From the NCBI GenBank assembly GCA_963921275.4, contig OZ001293.3, forward strand, positions 5,536,001 to 5,600,000: DNA of 64,000 bases, in the 5' to 3' direction. The notes under the pieces are model-generated. The model ran no database searches. It saw only the letters and a list, made by a program, of their open reading frames with translations, and was not told the DNA's origin. Position 1 is the first letter of the stretch, and the number at the start of each line of letters is the position of its first letter. This document shows positions 11,463 to 23,055 of the stretch, piece by piece. This DNA is from an uncultured Hormoscilla sp. GTDB taxonomy: Bacteria; Cyanobacteriota; Cyanobacteriia; Cyanobacteriales; Desertifilaceae. The translations under genes were made by a program, and so were the position numbers.

Positions 11463-13337
11463 ATGAGCAAGCCAACAGCAGACAAGGCGATAGAGAACGC
11501 GATGCAGGTGACGACCAAGATGGCCCCAACCCGACAAACGGGGGCATTTGCCCTGATGGACAGTTTGAGACGTCATGGAGTCATGCATATATTTGGCTAT
11601 CCTGGCGGAGCGATCTTGCCGATATACGATGAGGTGTACCGAGCGGAAGAACGGGGCGATGTCCAACATATTATGGTCAGACATGAACAAGGGGCTTCCC
11701 ACGCGGCGGATGGCTATGCCCGGGCTACGGGTAAGGTGGGAGTCTGCTTTGCGACTTCAGGTCCGGGTGCTACGAATTTAGTAACGGGGATTGCGACGGC
11801 CCATATGGACTCAATACCGATGGTAGTGGTCACTGGTCAGGTGCCTCGCCCCGCCATTGGCTCTGATGCATTTCAGGAAACAGATATTTATGGTATTACT
11901 CTGCCTATTGTCAAGCATTCCTATGTAGTGCGTCACGCTAAGGATATGGCCCGAGTTGTAGCAGAAGCTTTTCACATTGCTAGCACCGGGCGTCCCGGGC
12001 CGGTATTGATTGATGTACCTAAAGATGTGGGGTTAGAAGAGTTTGACTATGTGCCTGTGGAACCGGGTGCGGTGAAGCTGCCCGGGTATCGTCCTACGGT
12101 TAAGGGCAACCTTCGGCAGATCAACCAAGCGTTAAATTTAATTGGGCAAGCCAACTGTCCTTTGCTGTATGTCGGTGGCGGAGCGATCTCTGCTGGCGCT
12201 CATGCAGAAGTTCTGGAACTGGCAGAGCATTTTGTAATACCTGTGAGTACGACATTGATGGGTAAGGGTGCTTTTGATGAGAACCATCCTCTGTCCGTGG
12301 GGATGTTGGGAATGCACGGCACGGCTTATGCTAACTTTGCTGTCAGTGAGTGCGACTTGCTGATCGCTGTGGGGGCAAGGTTTGACGATCGGGTGACGAG
12401 TAAGTTAGACGAGTTCGCTTCCCATGCCAAAGTAATTCACATCGATATCGATCCAGCAGAGGTGGGCAAAAACCGCCCCCCGCAAGTACCCATTGTGGGG
12501 GACGTGCGTCAGGTGTTAATTGATATGTTGCGTCGCTGTCAGGAGTTGGGTCTGTCAGGAAAACCGGATCGGACCACTGAGTGGTTGAAACGGATCGCTC
12601 GCTGGCGTTCAGATTATCCCTTAGTGGTGCCTCAATATGAGGATAGTCTATCTCCCCAAGAGGTAATTGTGGAACTGGGGCGGCAAGCACCTGATGCTTA
12701 TTACACTACAGATGTGGGTCAGCATCAGATGTGGGCAGCGCAATTTCTGAAGAATGGTCCCCGTCGGTGGATGTCCAGTTCTGGTTTAGGTACGATGGGT
12801 TACGGGATGCCAGCGGCGATGGGCGTGAAAGTGGCTTTGCCCGATAAAGAAGTCATCTGCGTGGCTGGGGATGCTAGCATCCAGATGAATATTCAGGAAT
12901 TGGCAACCCTGGCACAGTACGGCATCAATGTCAAAACCGTGATTATCAATAATGGTTGGCAGGGAATGGTGCGTCAGTGGCAGCAGACTTTCTTTGGAGA
13001 GCGTTATTCTGCTTCTAATATGGAAGCGGGAATGCCAGATTTTGTCATGCTGGCAAATGCTTTTGGTGTCAAAGGCATGGTGGTGCGGGAACGATCGGAG
13101 TTGCAAGGGGCGATCGCCGAAATGTTGGCCCACGACGGTCCCGTGTTGATGGATGTTCATGTCAGGAAGGATGAAAACTGCTATCCAATGGTAGCCCCGG
13201 GTAAGAACAATGCTCAAATGATAGGTTTGCCCGAACCTCCCCAGTCAGAAGCAGCGGATCTAATTTCTTGCCCCAGTTGCGGTGCCGAAAACCAGGTAAC
13301 TAATAAGTTCTGCCCCGAGTGCGGCACGAAGTTGTAG
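11463..13337 (+). CDS. ilvB: Acetolactate synthase large subunit (biosynthetic)
   Basis: [33 protein letters not shown] and the TPP motif [16 protein letters not shown], with a C-terminal Zn ribbon. The true start may be slightly downstream. Confidence 0.96.
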   Translation: MSKPTADKAIENAMQVTTKMAPTRQTGAFALMDSLRRHGVMHIFGYPGGAILPIYDEVYRAEERGDVQHIMVRHEQGASHAADGYARATGKVGVCFATSGPGATNLVTGIATAHMDSIPMVVVTGQVPRPAIGSDAFQETDIYGITLPIVKHSYVVRHAKDMARVVAEAFHIASTGRPGPVLIDVPKDVGLEEFDYVPVEPGAVKLPGYRPTVKGNLRQINQALNLIGQANCPLLYVGGGAISAGAHAEVLELAEHFVIPVSTTLMGKGAFDENHPLSVGMLGMHGTAYANFAVSECDLLIAVGARFDDRVTSKLDEFASHAKVIHIDIDPAEVGKNRPPQVPIVGDVRQVLIDMLRRCQELGLSGKPDRTTEWLKRIARWRSDYPLVVPQYEDSLSPQEVIVELGRQAPDAYYTTDVGQHQMWAAQFLKNGPRRWMSSSGLGTMGYGMPAAMGVKVALPDKEVICVAGDASIQMNIQELATLAQYGINVKTVIINNGWQGMVRQWQQTFFGERYSASNMEAGMPDFVMLANAFGVKGMVVRERSELQGAIAEMLAHDGPVLMDVHVRKDENCYPMVAPGKNNAQMIGLPEPPQSEAADLISCPSCGAENQVTNKFCPECGTKL

Positions 13338-13391
13338 ATAATTGTGAATTGCGAATTGCCAATGGCTAATGGCAATAAATCATTGTAGCCC

Positions 13392-13424
13392 AGAAACCAG
13401 GTTTTGACAAAAAACCTGGTTTCT
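13392..13424. terminator. Palindromic repeat / bidirectional terminator between convergent genes
   Basis: agaaaccaggtttt-N-aaaacctggtttct. The same family occurs at about 21981, 39024, 40235 and 48933. Confidence 0.6.
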
Positions 13425-13452
13425 TAATTTAAGCATTGCCCATCTCGATTAT

Positions 13453-15051
13453 TTATGCGCCTCGGACAATGCGGCTTTCCATTTGCGGACTGACAGGCGA
13501 TCGCTCGCGAATGTAGTCGCCCACGACATCGACTAGCAGATAACCGGTATTCAGTTGATTATTGCCCCGGGCAAACATGCTGTAACCATCGCCACCTTTG
13601 ATCAGAAAATCCTGAGTAACGACGCGGTAAGTAGCATCGGTTTGGAGAGGTTTAAATGAACCATCTTGCTGTTTAATTTGGATCTGGACGATGCGATCGC
13701 CCGCCGGTGCATGGGGGTTCCAGACAAAGCGCAACCCAGCAACTTGGGGAAAACTCCCCATACCTGATTCTACCTGACTGACTCCATGTTCTAAGGCTGC
13801 TTTGATTTGCTCTCCGATCAAGTCCAGTCGGGCGATCGTATTGCCAAAGGGTAGCATTTCCAATACTTGTCCGACTGTGACTGCACCTGGGGAAATGCTG
13901 GTGCGGATCCCGCCGCTGTTGACGATGGCGATTTGGCAACCGTCGGGGCGAGTTTTGGCCAGGATTGCATCGGCGACCAAATTGCCGAGATTTGTCTCAC
14001 CACTGCGGAGACGCGCCCGATCGCCTTCCAGCTTGACCAAGGTCTGGCCAATTACCTGCTGCTGAAGTTCTTGAAGGGGTTCTGCATAGGTTACCAACTT
14101 AGCTTGAAATGCTGGATCTGGGGGAATGGTAGCATCAACAATATGGGGTTTTCCCGCCCAGTCAGTTAGCGTCCCCGCCCGATCGAAGGTCAAATGTAAA
14201 TCGCTCAAATACTTGCCCCATTCCCAATCTGTTACTATCAATACCGGGCTACCATCGGGAGTTTTTGCCACCACTGGGTAAGGATTAGTAGCGCCAGAAA
14301 TATTGCCCAGAGGGGTATGGGAATGTCCGCCCACCACGACATCAATGCCATCTAGCTGACTGGCCAATTCTAAATCCCTGGGGAAACCGATATGAGTCAG
14401 GGCAATAATTTTATTCACTCCTTGGGAGGTTAATTCTCGGACAGCTTGTTTGGCGGCCTGGATATGGTTGGTGAAGCGAACACTCGCACCCGGGTTAGAG
14501 AGAATGGATGTTTCTTCAGTTGTCAGTCCGAAGATGCCGACTTTTTCACCCTTAAGCTTGAGGATAACCCAGGGTTTGATTTTCCCTGCCAGGGGCGAAC
14601 TTTCATCTACTTCAATATTAGCTGAGACCATGGGAAACTCAGCCCCGGCGATGAAATCAGCTAGCACTTGTTGTCCGCGATCGAATTCATGGTTGCCAAT
14701 AGTAGCAGCATTGTATTGCATGGCATTGTAGAAGTCCAGGTCTGCCTGACCCAGATAGTGGTTAAAATACAAAGTGCCTTGAAAGATGTCGCCAGCACTC
14801 AGCAGCAGTAGGGGTTCGTCAGCGCTAGCACTTTCCCGACGCAACTGGTTGACGAGGGTTTGCCGCTGGGCAATGCCACCCAGTTGGTGCGCACCCATTT
14901 TAACAGGTTGCAGATAAGCATGGTGGTCATTTGTGTGTAGCAGCCGCAGGGTAAACTGTCTGGACTGAAACAGGGTAGGACGAACTACAGCTAGCAGAAG
15001 GCCAGCAAACAACAGAATCAATATTAAACGCGATCGCCACAAATGTCGCAT
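13453..15051 (-). CDS. Bifunctional metallophosphatase/5'-nucleotidase (UshA-like)
   Basis: LHTNDHHA, AGDIFQG, GNHEFD, GGHSH, ETNLGNLVADA and NSGGIR motifs. Confidence 0.93.
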   Translation of the reverse strand: MRHLWRSRLILILLFAGLLLAVVRPTLFQSRQFTLRLLHTNDHHAYLQPVKMGAHQLGGIAQRQTLVNQLRRESASADEPLLLLSAGDIFQGTLYFNHYLGQADLDFYNAMQYNAATIGNHEFDRGQQVLADFIAGAEFPMVSANIEVDESSPLAGKIKPWVILKLKGEKVGIFGLTTEETSILSNPGASVRFTNHIQAAKQAVRELTSQGVNKIIALTHIGFPRDLELASQLDGIDVVVGGHSHTPLGNISGATNPYPVVAKTPDGSPVLIVTDWEWGKYLSDLHLTFDRAGTLTDWAGKPHIVDATIPPDPAFQAKLVTYAEPLQELQQQVIGQTLVKLEGDRARLRSGETNLGNLVADAILAKTRPDGCQIAIVNSGGIRTSISPGAVTVGQVLEMLPFGNTIARLDLIGEQIKAALEHGVSQVESGMGSFPQVAGLRFVWNPHAPAGDRIVQIQIKQQDGSFKPLQTDATYRVVTQDFLIKGGDGYSMFARGNNQLNTGYLLVDVVGDYIRERSPVSPQMESRIVRGA

Positions 15052-15219
15052 AGGATACTTTGATGAACTATGTTTTACAAATTGATAGTATTATATAACA
15101 GATTGAGAGGGACAGGCTCGATCGTGGCGGACTTTAGTCCTTCTCTGCTGGTTCGTAGTAAGGACTTTAGTCCTTCTCTGCTGGTTTTCTCCGGACAAGC
15201 TTCCGATAGCCCTACGTTT

Positions 15220-16110
15220 ATGAAAAATATGACTTTTTACATCGTGGATGTGTTTGCTATCGGCAAATATACTGGTAACCAACTGGCTGTGTTTCTGGAT
15301 GCGGGAGCAATATCTGATGCCGAAATGCAACAAATTGCTCTGGAAATGAATTATTCTGAAACTACATTTATCACCTCAAATGAACTGCGATCGGGGGGGG
15401 GATACGACGTGCGAATTTTCACCCCGAACAAGGAACTCCCGTTTGCGGGTCATCCCACTTTAGGTACTGCCTTCATTATACAGCAAGCCCTGATTAAAAA
15501 GCCAGTCATTCGAGTCAACTTGAATCTGAAGGTTGGGCAAATTCCCGTTACCTGGGAAGGGGAATTTCTCTGGATGCGGCAAAATCAGCCGACATTTCAC
15601 CGGGAATTGCCAGCAGAGGCGATCGCCCCCGTACTGAATATAGCGGTAGATGACATAGATACTCGGTTTCCAATTCAAGAAGTTGACACGGGAATTCCGT
15701 TTATTATTGTACCCTTGCGGACCCACAAAGCCCTGAAAGCTTGTCGGACCGATCGGGCGAAATACTTTGAATTAGTGGAGAAGACGGAAGCGAAGGAAAT
15801 GCTAGTATTTTGTCGGGAGACTTACTCGACTCAAAACAATCTGAGCGTGAGGGTATTTGCGGAATATTTGGGCATTCCTGAAGATCCAGCAACCGGGAGT
15901 GCCAATGGTTGTTTAGCGGGATATTTGGTAAAATATCAGTATTTTGGTGAATACTCAATTAACGTGCGAGTTAAACAGGGATATGAGATTAACCGACCGT
16001 CTTTACTGTTGCTCAAAGCGCAGAAAAACCAGTCAGAAATTGAGGTTAATGTGGGAGGTAAGGTAGTAATGGTTGCCAAGGGAGAATGGGCCAAGGGAGA
16101 ATGGGTTTAG
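15220..16110 (+). CDS. PhzF-family isomerase
   Basis: VDVF..GNQLAV, NYSETTF, ELPFAGHPTLG and EDPATGSA. The start is set at ATG 15220 because the upstream extension is repeat-derived. Confidence 0.92.
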   Translation: MKNMTFYIVDVFAIGKYTGNQLAVFLDAGAISDAEMQQIALEMNYSETTFITSNELRSGGGYDVRIFTPNKELPFAGHPTLGTAFIIQQALIKKPVIRVNLNLKVGQIPVTWEGEFLWMRQNQPTFHRELPAEAIAPVLNIAVDDIDTRFPIQEVDTGIPFIIVPLRTHKALKACRTDRAKYFELVEKTEAKEMLVFCRETYSTQNNLSVRVFAEYLGIPEDPATGSANGCLAGYLVKYQYFGEYSINVRVKQGYEINRPSLLLLKAQKNQSEIEVNVGGKVVMVAKGEWAKGEWV

Positions 16111-16300
16111 TTATATCTGTAGGTTTGGTTAAGCGCAGTGCTACCCAACCTACAGATATGGTATTATAATAGTGGCGATATAACGCAGCCACAATCAGCT
16201 GCGTTATATCGCCAAGAATTTTTATCAACTGCACAAACTTTTTATGTTAGGCTATAATAGTATATAAAGAGAGAGATTGAGATTAACCAGAGGTGAAGTT

Positions 16301-16864
16301 ATGGTGGAGACAATTCAAGCCAAGAATCTGGAACTGCATGAAGTAGAAGAAAAATTTGGTCTGCAATTGGTGGATGACGATCGCTTCTTCCGGGAATGGC
16401 TGGACGATCTGCCGAAACTTACCGATATAGAAAGGCAACGGTTAGACCGGGTGAAAGCCTGCTATTTGCACATCTCCAAATATCTCATGTTGGAAGAAAG
16501 CGTAAAAATGGTCGTGCTTTCACCGTTGCTGGATTTAGCAGGATTTTATCTGCCGCCGTTTAGAATCACAACAGAAAAGCAGGTGCAAATTGCAGTCGAG
16601 GATGAAGAGATAATTATCAAGGGAGAACTTGATCTGCTGGTTCTACATAACAATTTTTGGGTTTTAGTTATCGAGTCGAAACGTAATAGCTTGTCTTTAG
16701 AACCAGGAATTCCCCAGGTGTTAGCTTATATGCTAGCTAATCCTCATTCTGAAAGACCGATGTTTGGCATGGTCACCAATGGAGTGAATTTTATTTTCCT
16801 CAAAGTGAAGAAACAAGGGACGCCGCAATATGCGAACTCTGATGAGTTTGTGATGCGACGCTGA
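16301..16864 (+). CDS. HsdR-N-like restriction endonuclease-fold protein, probably frameshifted at the 3' end
   Basis: EESVKMVVLSPLL..GELD..IESK..GMVTNG pattern of this cyanobacterial family. A typical tail (DDLYTVLKILK) lies in another frame. Confidence 0.7.
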   Translation: MVETIQAKNLELHEVEEKFGLQLVDDDRFFREWLDDLPKLTDIERQRLDRVKACYLHISKYLMLEESVKMVVLSPLLDLAGFYLPPFRITTEKQVQIAVEDEEIIIKGELDLLVLHNNFWVLVIESKRNSLSLEPGIPQVLAYMLANPHSERPMFGMVTNGVNFIFLKVKKQGTPQYANSDEFVMRR

Positions 16865-17101
16865 GATGATTTGTATACTGTCCTGAAGATTTTGAAGCGC
16901 ATAGGTGAGTTGGCGTTCGGGTAGCAACTGTAAGTTGGGTTGAAGTACGAAACCCAACCGCCCTAAGGGCGATCGGGTATAAATCGGATTGCGGCGATAT
17001 CAATCAGTAATAATTATGCTTCTCAAATCCATTAGTAAATCAGAGTTCAAGCAAATCCAGCGAGGCAGCTAATTGTCCACGACTACCCCCGTCAATTTGC
17101 T

Positions 17102-17460
17102 ATGCTAGATTTGGGCGAACCTCTAGGGTGCTATGGACTCAGTTGGGAAAGTTCCTCCCATATTCAGCCAGTTATTGAGCGATCGACAGACCAGCGGACT
17201 CTCTGGATCGGAGTCGATCGACGCTTGGCCGCGATCGATCTACAGCAAGGTCACGTTTGCATCTCGTTATCCCTAATCATGCCAATTTTTCAAATCCTGA
17301 TTGTCGAGGACCTTACAGCTATCCTCACCGAACTGGAAGTTTTACTCTTCAGTGGAAATCGGACTCTCAAGTGTTTTGATCTTTTACCAGATTTAACGGC
17401 AAATATATCAAATATATCAGTGTATGGATCTGATTTTATGATTCAAATGTTCGATGGTTC
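17102..17460 (+). CDS. Hypothetical protein, possibly a fragment
   Basis: Open frame with protein-like composition and no recognisable motif. Confidence 0.35.
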
Positions 17461-17493
17461 CAGCGGTGGGAAGAAGATCGGGAGTCAGAAAAA

Positions 17494-18336
17494 GTGGACT
17501 TAAAAGAACAGTTGCATACCCATTTGCTACATCTGGTGCGATCGCGGGATCCTTACTTGGCCACCGCCGGACATTTCTTCGTGCAGGAATACATCCGGGA
17601 ACAGCTATCAGAATGGGGAACTGTAGAAACAGATGAATTTCTAGTCAATGGCAGGACTCATCAAAATCTCATCCTCCACCTGGAAACTGCTACCAACAAG
17701 CACAAACCCCCCATCTTAATTGGCGCCCATTATGATACCGTACCGGGAACCCCTGAAGCTGATGATAATGCCACGGGAGTAGCAGTCCTATTATAATTGG
17801 CAAGAATATTCGCTGCGGAACCCGGGAAACATCCCCTGCAACTGGTGGCCTTCGACCTGGAAGAATTCGGTTTATTGGGTAGTAGCCATTATGCTACCCA
17901 ACTCCAGCAACAGCAGCAACCACTCCGTTTAATGATTTCTCTGGAAATGCTGGGTTATTGCGACCATTCTCCCAATTCCCAAGACTACCCAGTAGAGGTG
18001 TTAAAATACTTTTACCCCCATCAGGGGAACTTTATCGCCCTGATTGTCAATTTGCCCACATTGTTTGACACGATCCGCATTTCCCATATAATTAGTAAAG
18101 GGGGCATTAATTGTCGATGGTTGCCAGTACCCGATCGGGGTTTAATTCTGCCCGATACGCGACGCAGCGACCATTCCCCTTTCTGGGATGCGGGTTATCG
18201 ATCGATCATGGTGACTGATACAGCTAATTTGCGCAATCCCCATTATCATCAAGGCAGCGACAGTCTTGACACTTTGGATTTAGATTTCCTCACCGGTGTC
18301 TGTCGCGGTTTGGCAGCTAGCATCCGCTATCTCTGA
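17494..18336 (+). pseudogene. M28-family peptidase with internal TAA (17794-17796)
   Basis: GAHYD..ADDNATGVAVLL*LAR..FDLEE..RRSDH..YH. The two ORFs are contiguous and in the same frame. Confidence 0.88.
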
Positions 18337-18361
18337 GAACAATTATACTGCAAAAGGACAA

Positions 18362-21300
18362 ATGACGAATCAAAAATGGCAATTCTGGATTGACAGGGGC
18401 GGCACCTTTACTGATATCGTAGCTAAAGGTCCGGACGGTAAACTGGTAACTCATAAGTTGCTCTCAGAAAATCCCGATCGCTACCCCGATGCCCCCGTAC
18501 AAGGAATTCGCGATATCTTGGGGCTGAGTCCCGATTTTTCTGGAACGGTTCGCCCCATTCCCCGCGATCTGATAGAAGTGGTGAAAATGGGGACGACGGT
18601 GGCGACCAATGCTTTGCTGGAACGCAAGGGCGATCGCGCGGTTTTGCTAATCACCAAAGGTTTTCGAGACGCCCTCAGAATTGGCTATCAAAACCGTCCC
18701 GACCTCTTCGCCCGTCAGATTATTTTACCAGAAATGCTCTACGAACGAGTCATCGAAGTTGCCGAACGCTACAGCCCCCAGGGAGAAGAGTTAATTGATG
18801 TCAATATCGATGCGATCGCCCCAGCATTGCAAGCTGCTTACGATGACGGGATCCGCAGTTGCGCCATTGTCTTCATGCACGGTTATCGCTATCCCGAACA
18901 CGAGCAAAAAGTAGCTGACTTAGCACGGGCGATCGGGTTTACCCAGGTTTCCCCATCCCATGCAGTCAGTCCCTTGATGAAACTTGTCAGTCGGGGGGAT
19001 ACTACGGTAGTTGATGCCTATTTATCTCCAATTTTGCGCCGCTATGTCGATCTAGTTTATGGTCGCTTGGGGGAGGAAACAAACCTGATGTTCATGCAAT
19101 CGAATGGCGGGTTAGTAAACGCCCAATTGTTCCAGGGTAAAGACAGTATTTTATCAGGTCCAGCAGGGGGAATTGTCGGGGCAGTCCAGACCAGCGCGAT
19201 CGCGGGATTTGACAAAATTATCACCTTTGATATGGGGGGGACTTCTACCGATGTGGCCCATTACAATGGGGAATTGGAACGCAGCTTGGAAACGGAAATT
19301 GCTGGGGTCCGTTTGCGCACCCCCATGATGGCAATTCACACTGTCGCAGCGGGTGGCGGTTCCCTTCTCCAATTCGATAATGGGCGCTATCGCGTCGGTC
19401 CCGAATCAGCAGGGGCAAATCCCGGTCCTGCTTGCTATCGCCAGGGCGGTCCGCTAACAGTAACCGATGCCAACGTAATGCTGGGTAAGTTGCAACCGGA
19501 GTTTTTTCCCAAGGTGTTCGGTCCCCAGGGTAATTTGCCCTTAGATGGGGAAATAGTCAAGGAAAAATTTGCTCAGTTAGCAGCGGAAATAGGGGACGAG
19601 CGCCCGCCGGAACGAGTAGCAGCAGGATTTGTGGCGATCGCCGTCGAAAACATGGCCAACGCCATCAAGAAAATCTCCCTCCAGCGAGGATATGACGTTT
19701 CCAAATACACCCTCTGCTGCTTTGGGGGCGCGGGGGGACAACACGCCTGCTTAATTGCGGATGCCTTGAGAATGCAGCAAGTCTTTTTCCATCCTTTTGC
19801 GGGAGTATTGTCAGCTTATGGCATGGGTTTAGCGGATATTCGGGTATTGCGCGAACAGACAGTGGAAGCGCAATTAACCGCTGAATTAGTGCCAGACTTA
19901 GAACAGCAGTTGGAAAAATTAGCAGCGTCAGCTTTGGCCGAACTCGACTCAAAAAATGATATCTCCGTGCTGCGCAAGATTCACTTAAAATATCAAGGCA
20001 CGGATTCATCCTTGATGGTGGATTTCAGCAATGCAGCAGAGATGCGATCGCAGTTTGAGGTCCAGCATCGCCAGCGTTACGGCTTCGTCATGGAGAATAA
20101 ACAGTTGATTGTCGAAGCAGTTGCCGTCGAACTGGTGCAGTCCTCGGATATTCCCGAAGAACCGATCGTCCCACGGCGCACGGATGCAGCACCCCAACCA
20201 GTCGCCACTGTACCAATGTATAGTGGTAATAGCTGGCGGGAAACCCCCGTATTTCAGCGGTCGGACTTACAACCGGGAGACTGCATTACAGGTGCAGCTA
20301 TTATTATCGAACCCACGGGCACGAATATCATCGAACCGGGATGGCAAGCAGAATTAACCCCCCGCAATCATCTGATTTTGCAGAAGACTCAGAATTCAGC
20401 ATCTGTCAATTCCCCATCTGCCATCCAAAATCTCGCCTCCCCAGATCCAGTCATACTGGAAATTTTCAATAATCTATTTCGTTCGATCGCCGAACAAATG
20501 GGAACTACCCTGCAAAACACCAGCTATTCCGTAAATATCAAGGAAAGGTTAGATTTCTCTTGTGCCATCTTCGACCAAAAGGGACAATTAGTTGCCAATG
20601 CACCCCATATCCCCGTACATCTGGGTTCCATGAGTGAGAGTGTCAACAGTCTGATCTCGGAGTGCGGCGATCGCCTGAAACCGGGAGATGTTTACATTCT
20701 CAACAATCCTTATAATGGGGGTACCCATCTCCCCGACGTGACAGTAATTACTCCCATGTTCGATCTCGAAAATAAATCTTCTCCTCTCTTTTATGTGGTT
20801 TCCCGGGGACATCATGCCGATATTGGCGGTATCACTCCCGGTTCCATGCCACCTAATAGCAAGACAGTAGCAGAAGAAGGAGTGCTGTTGGACAATTTTC
20901 ACCTGGTGGATGGAGGAAAATTCCGGGAAAAGGAACTGCGAGAAATTCTCGGTGCTGGTAAATATCCGGTCCGCAACCCGGTCCAGAATCTCGCCGACTT
21001 GCAGGCCCAAATTGCTGCTAATGAAAAGGGTTTGCAGGAACTCGAACGGATGGTAGCATCCTATGGTAAGGCCACCGTGCAAGCTTATATGGCCTTCGTT
21101 CAGGATAATGCTGAAGAATCAGTGCGTAGGGCGATCGAGACCTTAAAGGATGGCAGTTTCACTCTTCTACTGGATAATGGCAGTCAGATTCAAGTTACAA
21201 TCGAGATCGATCGGGCGAGTCGCAGTGCCAAGATAGATTTTACCGGCACTTCGCCCCAACTGGAGAATAATTTTAATGCCCCATCTGCGGTCTGTAAAGC

Positions 21301-21976
21301 AGCAGTTCTCTACGTCTTCCGCACCCTAGTAAATGACGATATTCCCCTGAATGCGGGATGTCTGAAACCTTTACAAGTAATTATCCCGGCAGGATCGATT
21401 TTAAATCCCCGTTACCCAGCGGCGGTAGTAGCGGGAAATGTAGAAACTTCCCAAGCAATTACCGATGCTTTGTATGGGGCCCTGGGGGTAATGGCCGCCT
21501 CTCAAGGGACCATGAATAACTTCACCTTTGGGAACGATCGCTATCAATATTATGAAACAATTTGTGGAGGTGCGGGTGCGAGTGCCAACTTCCATGGCAC
21601 CGATGCAGTCCATACTCACATGACCAATTCTCGCCTGACAGATCCAGAAGTATTAGAATGGCGATTTCCCGTACTTTTGACCAGCTTTGCCATTCGTGAA
21701 AATAGTGGTGGGAAAGGGCGTCATGCTGGCGGGAATGGAGTGGTACGTCGCCTGCGTTTTCTGGAACCGATGACTGCTGGAATACTTTCCAGTCGGCGTG
21801 TAATTGCACCTTTTGGGTTGCAGGGTGGTGCAGCGGGTGCTTTGGGAAAGAATTACGTGCAGCGCAGTGATGGGACTGTGGTAGAATTGGGCAGTACCGC
21901 GACTGTAGAAATGGAAATTGGAGATGAATTTGTCATTGAAACCCCTGGTGGTGGTGGATATGGTATCCTAGAGTAA
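18362..21976 (+). CDS. 5-oxoprolinase (fused hydantoinase A/B)
   Basis: [48 protein letters not shown] and TPGGGGYG motifs. Confidence 0.95.
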   Translation: MTNQKWQFWIDRGGTFTDIVAKGPDGKLVTHKLLSENPDRYPDAPVQGIRDILGLSPDFSGTVRPIPRDLIEVVKMGTTVATNALLERKGDRAVLLITKGFRDALRIGYQNRPDLFARQIILPEMLYERVIEVAERYSPQGEELIDVNIDAIAPALQAAYDDGIRSCAIVFMHGYRYPEHEQKVADLARAIGFTQVSPSHAVSPLMKLVSRGDTTVVDAYLSPILRRYVDLVYGRLGEETNLMFMQSNGGLVNAQLFQGKDSILSGPAGGIVGAVQTSAIAGFDKIITFDMGGTSTDVAHYNGELERSLETEIAGVRLRTPMMAIHTVAAGGGSLLQFDNGRYRVGPESAGANPGPACYRQGGPLTVTDANVMLGKLQPEFFPKVFGPQGNLPLDGEIVKEKFAQLAAEIGDERPPERVAAGFVAIAVENMANAIKKISLQRGYDVSKYTLCCFGGAGGQHACLIADALRMQQVFFHPFAGVLSAYGMGLADIRVLREQTVEAQLTAELVPDLEQQLEKLAASALAELDSKNDISVLRKIHLKYQGTDSSLMVDFSNAAEMRSQFEVQHRQRYGFVMENKQLIVEAVAVELVQSSDIPEEPIVPRRTDAAPQPVATVPMYSGNSWRETPVFQRSDLQPGDCITGAAIIIEPTGTNIIEPGWQAELTPRNHLILQKTQNSASVNSPSAIQNLASPDPVILEIFNNLFRSIAEQMGTTLQNTSYSVNIKERLDFSCAIFDQKGQLVANAPHIPVHLGSMSESVNSLISECGDRLKPGDVYILNNPYNGGTHLPDVTVITPMFDLENKSSPLFYVVSRGHHADIGGITPGSMPPNSKTVAEEGVLLDNFHLVDGGKFREKELREILGAGKYPVRNPVQNLADLQAQIAANEKGLQELERMVASYGKATVQAYMAFVQDNAEESVRRAIETLKDGSFTLLLDNGSQIQVTIEIDRASRSAKIDFTGTSPQLENNFNAPSAVCKAAVLYVFRTLVNDDIPLNAGCLKPLQVIIPAGSILNPRYPAAVVAGNVETSQAITDALYGALGVMAASQGTMNNFTFGNDRYQYYETICGGAGASANFHGTDAVHTHMTNSRLTDPEVLEWRFPVLLTSFAIRENSGGKGRHAGGNGVVRRLRFLEPMTAGILSSRRVIAPFGLQGGAAGALGKNYVQRSDGTVVELGSTATVEMEIGDEFVIETPGGGGYGILE

Positions 21977-22326
21977 ATTAAGAAACCCGGTTTTTACAGA
22001 AAACCCGGTTTACCCTCGTTCCCTGGCTCCGCCGGGGAACGATTTATGGAGGCTCCGCTTCTAGTTGCAAATGGTGCAAAATATGAGTTAAAACCGACTA
22101 ATTAGATTAAGTTGATACCAATTTATTTCACCGTGTTGACTGTGGAGGAGAGGTCATGACCGACAATTCTTTTTTCGACGAGTCGCAGATGACCGGTCTT
22201 TATGGGCGATCGCCAACCGTCGCAGATGACCGGTCCCTATGGGCGTCCGCGTAGCGTGCGCGCAGCGCATTCGTCTCCCAGCCCCTAAACATGATTAAAC
22301 ATGTGTTTATAAATCGCTATTGAAAT

Positions 22327-22682
22327 CCCAAACCTCAAAATTGACGTTTAAAACATGACTGCTGAGGTCCCAAACCTCAAAATTGACGTTTAAAACATGA
22401 CTGCTGAGGTCCCAAACCTCAAAATTGACGTTTAAAACATGACTGCTGAGGTCCCAAACATCAAAATTAACGTTTAAAACATGACTGCTGAGGTCCCAAA
22501 CCTCAAAATTGACGTTTAAAACATGACTGCTGAGGTCCCAAACCTCAAAATTAACGTTTAAAACATGACTGCTGAGGTCCCAAACCTCAAAATTGACGTT
22601 TAAAACATGGCTGCTGAGGTCCCAAACTTCAAAATTGACGTTTAAAACATGGCTGCTGAGGTCCCAAACCTCAAAATTGACG
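22327..22682. repeat. 42-bp tandem repeat, 8 full units plus a partial unit
   Basis: Unit cccaaacctcaaaattgacgtttaaaacatgactgctgaggt starts at 22327, 22369 ... 22621, 22663, with no spacers. Confidence 0.97.
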
Positions 22683-23055
22683 AAAAATTAAACAATTTTT
22701 AAAGCAGTTCGAGGAAAGCAACCTTAGTCCCACGGAAACCGAGAGATCGCGCGATCGCCTGCATACCCAAATCTAGCGCCAGTCAATCAACCAAATAGCA
22801 CCGTCGGATAGCGGCTGAAGATTTGAGTAACTATCACTTCTCACGTTGCAACCATAGCGCCGTTGCCTGCAACCATAGCGCCGCTGCCTGCACAAACCAG
22901 ACGTAAGATTAGTAAGGCGGGTGAGGCGCACAATCATCTGGCAGGCGCGGGGGAGATAAATTATGATTTTTGGCGCCGTCACCCACCACAACTGCTAACT
23001 TGTCAAATATATTCTCAGAGTAAGTTCATACCAACTGTGGAGCATAGGAGAGGTA

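Noticed and set aside
15070..15219. N-terminal extension of PhzF
   Set aside because: It derives from a duplicated ggactttagtccttctctgctgg repeat. Family homology begins at ATG 15220.
22327..22682. CRISPR array
   Set aside because: The units are contiguous and near-identical with no unique spacers, and there are no cas genes in the window.
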